DNA of 64,000 nucleotides from an uncultured delta proteobacterium (GTDB lineage Bacteria; Myxococcota_A; Polyangia; Polyangiales; Polyangiaceae): NCBI GenBank assembly GCA_963841435.1, contig CAWJCS010000005.1, positions 960,001 to 1,024,000 of the forward strand, read 5' to 3'. Shown piece by piece: positions 60,318 to 64,000 of this stretch (position 1 is its first letter; each line of letters starts with the position of its first letter). The notes under the pieces were generated by a model. It saw only the letters and a program-made list of their open reading frames with translations, ran no database searches and was not told where the DNA came from. The position numbers and the translations under genes were made by a program.

Positions 60318-61103
60318 GTGAGCTCGAGCGCTCTTCCGGCGAATGGCGAACCGCCGGATCTCACCGTCCTCGTCACACGCGCGCAGCGCGGTTTGCGCCG
60401 CGACGTGGCCGCGCTCGAAGCCGCGCTGGACGACGCCGAGCTCTTCATTCCGCTCGAGCGCGCCATCGAAGGGGCGAGCGAGGGCGCGCGCATGGAGCTC
60501 GACGAGCGCGTGGAAATCGTGCCGCACTTCCTTTTCGACCCCGAGGGAGCACGGTACGCGGCCCTGTTCACGCGCCCCGAGCACCTCGAGGGCCTCGCTC
60601 GAACGCTCGGCTGGGAGACGGACGGCGACGAGCTCAGAGTCTGCACGTTGCCGGCGCGTATCGCCTGTGAGCTCGCGCTCGGGGTCATCGACGAGCGGGA
60701 CGTCCTCGGGCTCGTCATCGACGCCGGCGAGCCGAGCGAGCTCTTCTTGCGGCGGTCGGAGCTCGCGAGCCTCGTCGCGGGCCAGCCCATTCCGCTCGTC
60801 GGCTACGTCTCCGAGCTGCCCCCGCTCGACGGCGAGAAGACGCTCGTGGCAGAAGATGCCGATCCGCCGCCCCCCGAGCTCGTCGCGGCGCTCGAAGCCT
60901 GCCTGGCCGGCCTAAAGGACGTCGCGGGGCACAAGCTCGAGCGAACGTTCAACCCCGAACGCGACCTGGAGCCCCACCTCACGCTCACGCTGCGAGCCCC
61001 GGAGACCGCCGACCACCGCGCGATCGCCGAGCGCGTGTTCGAGGCCGTTGCCGAGCGGGTGCCGCCGCCGGGCTATCTCGACGTGGTCTTCGACGGCGGC
61101 TAA
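60318..61103 (+). CDS. SseB-family protein
   Basis: AELFIP...AALFT...GLVID SseB-like N-domain plus C-domain; start uncertain. Confidence 0.6.
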   Translation: MSSSALPANGEPPDLTVLVTRAQRGLRRDVAALEAALDDAELFIPLERAIEGASEGARMELDERVEIVPHFLFDPEGARYAALFTRPEHLEGLARTLGWETDGDELRVCTLPARIACELALGVIDERDVLGLVIDAGEPSELFLRRSELASLVAGQPIPLVGYVSELPPLDGEKTLVAEDADPPPPELVAALEACLAGLKDVAGHKLERTFNPERDLEPHLTLTLRAPETADHRAIAERVFEAVAERVPPPGYLDVVFDGG

Positions 61104-61207
61104 GTCGCGGCCTCCGCGCTGGATTTGCGCTCGTCTCCGGCCGAAACGTCCGCGCGAGCCGCGCGCCTCGCCAAAAGCCGGCAAAGAAGTGCTAAGGCCG
61201 CGAACGC

Positions 61208-62086
61208 GTGACCGAATCGTCGTCCGCAGCCCTCGGCGAAGACGCGGCTCCGCCGGAGGCCGGGGAGCGCCCCGATCTGGTCGCGGTCGGACGAGGCCGG
61301 CTTTCGCTGCGTGAGCGCGCCATCATCCGCTTCGTTCGCTGGACGTTCGAGCCGGGGATCTTCGACCGCGTCATTCGCCGCGTGCAGCGCGTGATCGGCT
61401 CCACCTGGATCCATCATTTTACCAAGCACCTTCGCCATGTCTACGGCGAGGAACGCCTGCCCGAGCTCGATACTCGCCAGAGCTTCGTCCTGGTCTCGAA
61501 CCACCGAAGCTTCTTCGACCTCTACGTCGTCACGGGGCACCTCGTGAGAAAGGGCCTCGGCCATCGCATCCTTTTCCCCGTGCGCGCCGAGTTCTTCTAC
61601 ACGCGCTGGCTCGGCTTGTTCGTCAACGGCGTCATGAGTTTCTTCGCCATGTACCCGCCGATCTTCCGCGAGCGAAGGCAGCTCATCGTCAACCCGGCGA
61701 GCCTCTCGGAGCTCGCGTGGCTGCTCCGGCAGGGCGGAAAATTCGCTGGGCTCCACCCCGAAGGACGCCGCAAGAAGGACGACGACCCCTACACGTTCCT
61801 GCCGGCGCAGCGCGGCGTCGGGCGCGTCATCCACGAGGCGCGCGTGCCCGTGATTCCGGTCTTCATCAACGGTCTCATCAACCACTTGCCGCGGCAGATC
61901 GGGAGCAACTTCGACGGCACGGGGAGGAAGATCGTCGTCGTCTTCGGTGAGCCAATCGATTTTTCCGATCTCTACGAGAAGCCCGCGAGCCTACGCGTGC
62001 ATCAAGCGATCGCGGATCGCACGCTCGAGGTCATCGGCAAGCTGGGCGAGGAAGAGCGCCGCCTGCGCAGCGAGCTTGGCGGGTAG
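61208..62086 (+). CDS. Lysophospholipid/1-acyl-glycerol-3-phosphate acyltransferase family
   Basis: NHRSFFD (HxxxxD), HPEGRR, PVIPVFI, FGEPID. Confidence 0.88.
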   Translation: MTESSSAALGEDAAPPEAGERPDLVAVGRGRLSLRERAIIRFVRWTFEPGIFDRVIRRVQRVIGSTWIHHFTKHLRHVYGEERLPELDTRQSFVLVSNHRSFFDLYVVTGHLVRKGLGHRILFPVRAEFFYTRWLGLFVNGVMSFFAMYPPIFRERRQLIVNPASLSELAWLLRQGGKFAGLHPEGRRKKDDDPYTFLPAQRGVGRVIHEARVPVIPVFINGLINHLPRQIGSNFDGTGRKIVVVFGEPIDFSDLYEKPASLRVHQAIADRTLEVIGKLGEEERRLRSELGG

Positions 62087-62118
62087 CGCACGGCTCGCGA
62101 GAGACGAGCACCGCCAGC

Positions 62119-63924
62119 TCAGATCCAGGGGTTGAGGCCGGGCGCCGGAGGACGCCGGCGTGCACCCAGGTGGGCACGGACGACGAGCGCGACGAGTAGC
62201 GCAACGCCCCCAGCGAGGCACACGGCCGCGGCGGCACGGGCGGCGCCGTCGAGCCCCGCGTCGAGAGCCGTGCGGCGCCCGAGCCACGACAGGGCGCCGA
62301 GGCCGAGCGACGCCGGAAGCAGCCAGAAAAGCAGCGGCCCCCGCGCCTCGTCGAGATCGAGGCGACCCGCGAAGCGCCGTAGCGCGAGCACGAGCCCCGC
62401 GAGCGACAGCGTCTTCAGGAGCAGCAAAAGGGCACCGAGCGGCGCGAGCAAGTTGGAAGCCTCCGACGCGCGCATGCCGCCGAACCAGGCGATCGCGGCG
62501 AGGCCCGTGACGACGATGAGCGTCACTCTTGCGAGCAGTCGCGGGACGACGCTGAGCCCGCGGGCAGGCTCGGCGGCCGTCGCTCCGAGCGGGCGCCGGC
62601 CGAGAGCCGGATCGGGTACGAGTGCCACGAGCAGCACCAGCGCAGAGAACAGCGGCACGGGCGCGCGTGCCACGAGCCACTCCCACGGCCAGGGACCCTG
62701 GGTCAAGAGGAGCTCGTCGGTTCCGGCTCCGCCCGCCCGCAGCACGGCCGCGCCGAGCGCGAGCCCGACCACGCTTCCCTGCACGAGCACGAGCAGCACG
62801 CGTCGCAGGCGCGCCACGAGCCCTTCGCCCGACGCGACGCCGAACACCAGCACCGCCATCGCGAGCGACGCATACGCCGCCACGAGGAGCAGCAGCGTAT
62901 CGACCTCGGGCGCAACGAGCGGTAGACCGAGACCGACCGCCATGACGAGCGCGCACGCGGAGACCAGCGCCACGTAGGGGCCGACGCGCGTCGGGAGGGC
63001 GCCGACCAGGCGCTGGCCGAGCGAGCCGTGCGGCCGCGTGGGGCGCCGGAGCGTCACGCCCGCCGGCCCGCGGGCTCGCTCGACGAGGCGGCCCTCGAGG
63101 TGGCTGAGGGCGCGCCCGAACGGCGACGCGAGCAAGAGCAGCAACAGCAGGACCGCGCCGATCGCACCGGCAGTCGGCGCAAGCTCACGCGGGGTGATCG
63201 GAGAAAACCCCGTCACGTCGAGCGGCAGCACGACTCGCTTGCCGGCCCGCTCGACGCGAAGGTCGGCAGTACGCGCGAGCGGCGCGGGCACCAGATCGGA
63301 CAGCTCGAGCACGCGGACGCCACCGAGCTCGAGCATGCGGTCACCCGCGAGCACGCCAGCGCGCTCCGCGGGGCTGTCGGGCATGACGCCCGATACGGTG
63401 TCGAAGTCGTCGCCTTCGCGCAGCAAGAGGCCGGCGTACTCGGCGAAGCGCCGCCCCGTCTCGGTGCGAGCCACGGCAACGCTCTCTTCTTCTTCAGCGG
63501 GAATGAAGTCGAGCACGACTTCGGAGAGCTGTCCGGTCACCGGAGGCGTCCCGGAGACGCGCGGACGGAACGAGACGCCGAGCGCGCCGTGGAACGTCGC
63601 GTGCGCGCCGTTCGCTCCGCCGGTCACCGCGCGCAGCGTCTCGCGCGTCACCGTCACGGTGACTCTGTGGCTCGACGCGCTCAGGCCCTTCAGCGAGAGC
63701 TCGAACCGATTGAGGGGGTGCTCACCGGGCCTCTGCACGTCGCCAGTGAGCGTCACCGTCACGACGCGACCCTCGGGGAAGGACTGGCCGCGAAGCTCGA
63801 GGGTGTCGCCTTCCCTGAGCTCGCGGTTCGTGACACCCGTCACCTCGACGAGCGCAGGGCCGGGCGAAGGGCGACAGGCCCCCAGGCCGACCAGGACGAC
63901 GAACAGCAGGAGCCAGCGGGACAC
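62119..63924 (-). CDS. Lipoprotein-Ig-like-PDZ protein fused to a degenerate NuoH-like membrane domain
   Basis: Lipobox LGAC; PDZ (VMPDSPAERAGVLAGDRMLELGG); about 8 TM helices with NuoH-like LEGRL, QGPWPWEW, WFGG, LKT...R and LLP. Confidence 0.7.
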   Translation of the reverse strand: MSRWLLLFVVLVGLGACRPSPGPALVEVTGVTNRELREGDTLELRGQSFPEGRVVTVTLTGDVQRPGEHPLNRFELSLKGLSASSHRVTVTVTRETLRAVTGGANGAHATFHGALGVSFRPRVSGTPPVTGQLSEVVLDFIPAEEEESVAVARTETGRRFAEYAGLLLREGDDFDTVSGVMPDSPAERAGVLAGDRMLELGGVRVLELSDLVPAPLARTADLRVERAGKRVVLPLDVTGFSPITPRELAPTAGAIGAVLLLLLLLASPFGRALSHLEGRLVERARGPAGVTLRRPTRPHGSLGQRLVGALPTRVGPYVALVSACALVMAVGLGLPLVAPEVDTLLLLVAAYASLAMAVLVFGVASGEGLVARLRRVLLVLVQGSVVGLALGAAVLRAGGAGTDELLLTQGPWPWEWLVARAPVPLFSALVLLVALVPDPALGRRPLGATAAEPARGLSVVPRLLARVTLIVVTGLAAIAWFGGMRASEASNLLAPLGALLLLLKTLSLAGLVLALRRFAGRLDLDEARGPLLFWLLPASLGLGALSWLGRRTALDAGLDGAARAAAAVCLAGGVALLVALVVRAHLGARRRPPAPGLNPWI

Positions 63925-64000
63925 GGGTGCCGCCAAGGTAGCAACCCGCTGGAATCCCGGAAAAATTCCCGGATCATGCAGCGGCTTGATACTTTGACGC

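Noticed and set aside
1-64000. CRISPR array, tRNA/rRNA, IS/transposase, integrase, prophage or retron
   Set aside because: No repeat-spacer periodicity, cloverleaf, or recombinase/reverse-transcriptase motifs seen; nearly all sequence is explained by ordinary CDSs

Overview
A high-GC chromosomal segment that looks myxobacterial (Polyangiaceae/Sorangiineae-like, inferred from a MYXO-CTERM protein, a TIGR02266-type PilZ protein, a Ser/Thr kinase-STAND-TPR protein and many lipoproteins). It holds about 50 densely packed genes. Housekeeping genes (3' part of dnaA, dnaK-grpE, uvrD/pcrA, dnaJ, proC, asd, thyX, nadA, tsaE, mlaE, folB, ilvE, pip) are interspersed with uncharacterised lipoproteins. 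I saw no rRNA, tRNA, CRISPR array or mobile element. Best leads: (1) a three-gene bufferin-type MNIO (DUF692) RiPP operon at 43388-45709, whose Cys/Met-rich precursor is a lipoprotein and whose DUF2063 partner reads in frame into a di-heme c lipoprotein domain; (2) a candidate 55-nt sRNA at 23867-23813 (minus strand) with a sigma70-type promoter, a C-rich loop and a U-tail; (3) a lipoprotein-Ig-PDZ protein fused to a degenerate NuoH domain, plus an orphan SdhC-like cytochrome b; (4) a lipoprotein with a possible MACPF/CDC-like motif; (5) a mycobacterial CtpH/CtpI-like internally duplicated P-type ATPase; (6) TAnnnT -10 boxes 7-11 nt before many start codons, suggesting near-leaderless mRNAs. 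About six apparent frameshifts, most explicable by one base, suggest assembly errors, so fusion and pseudogene calls need read-level checks. All family assignments come from reading motifs by eye, not from database searches.
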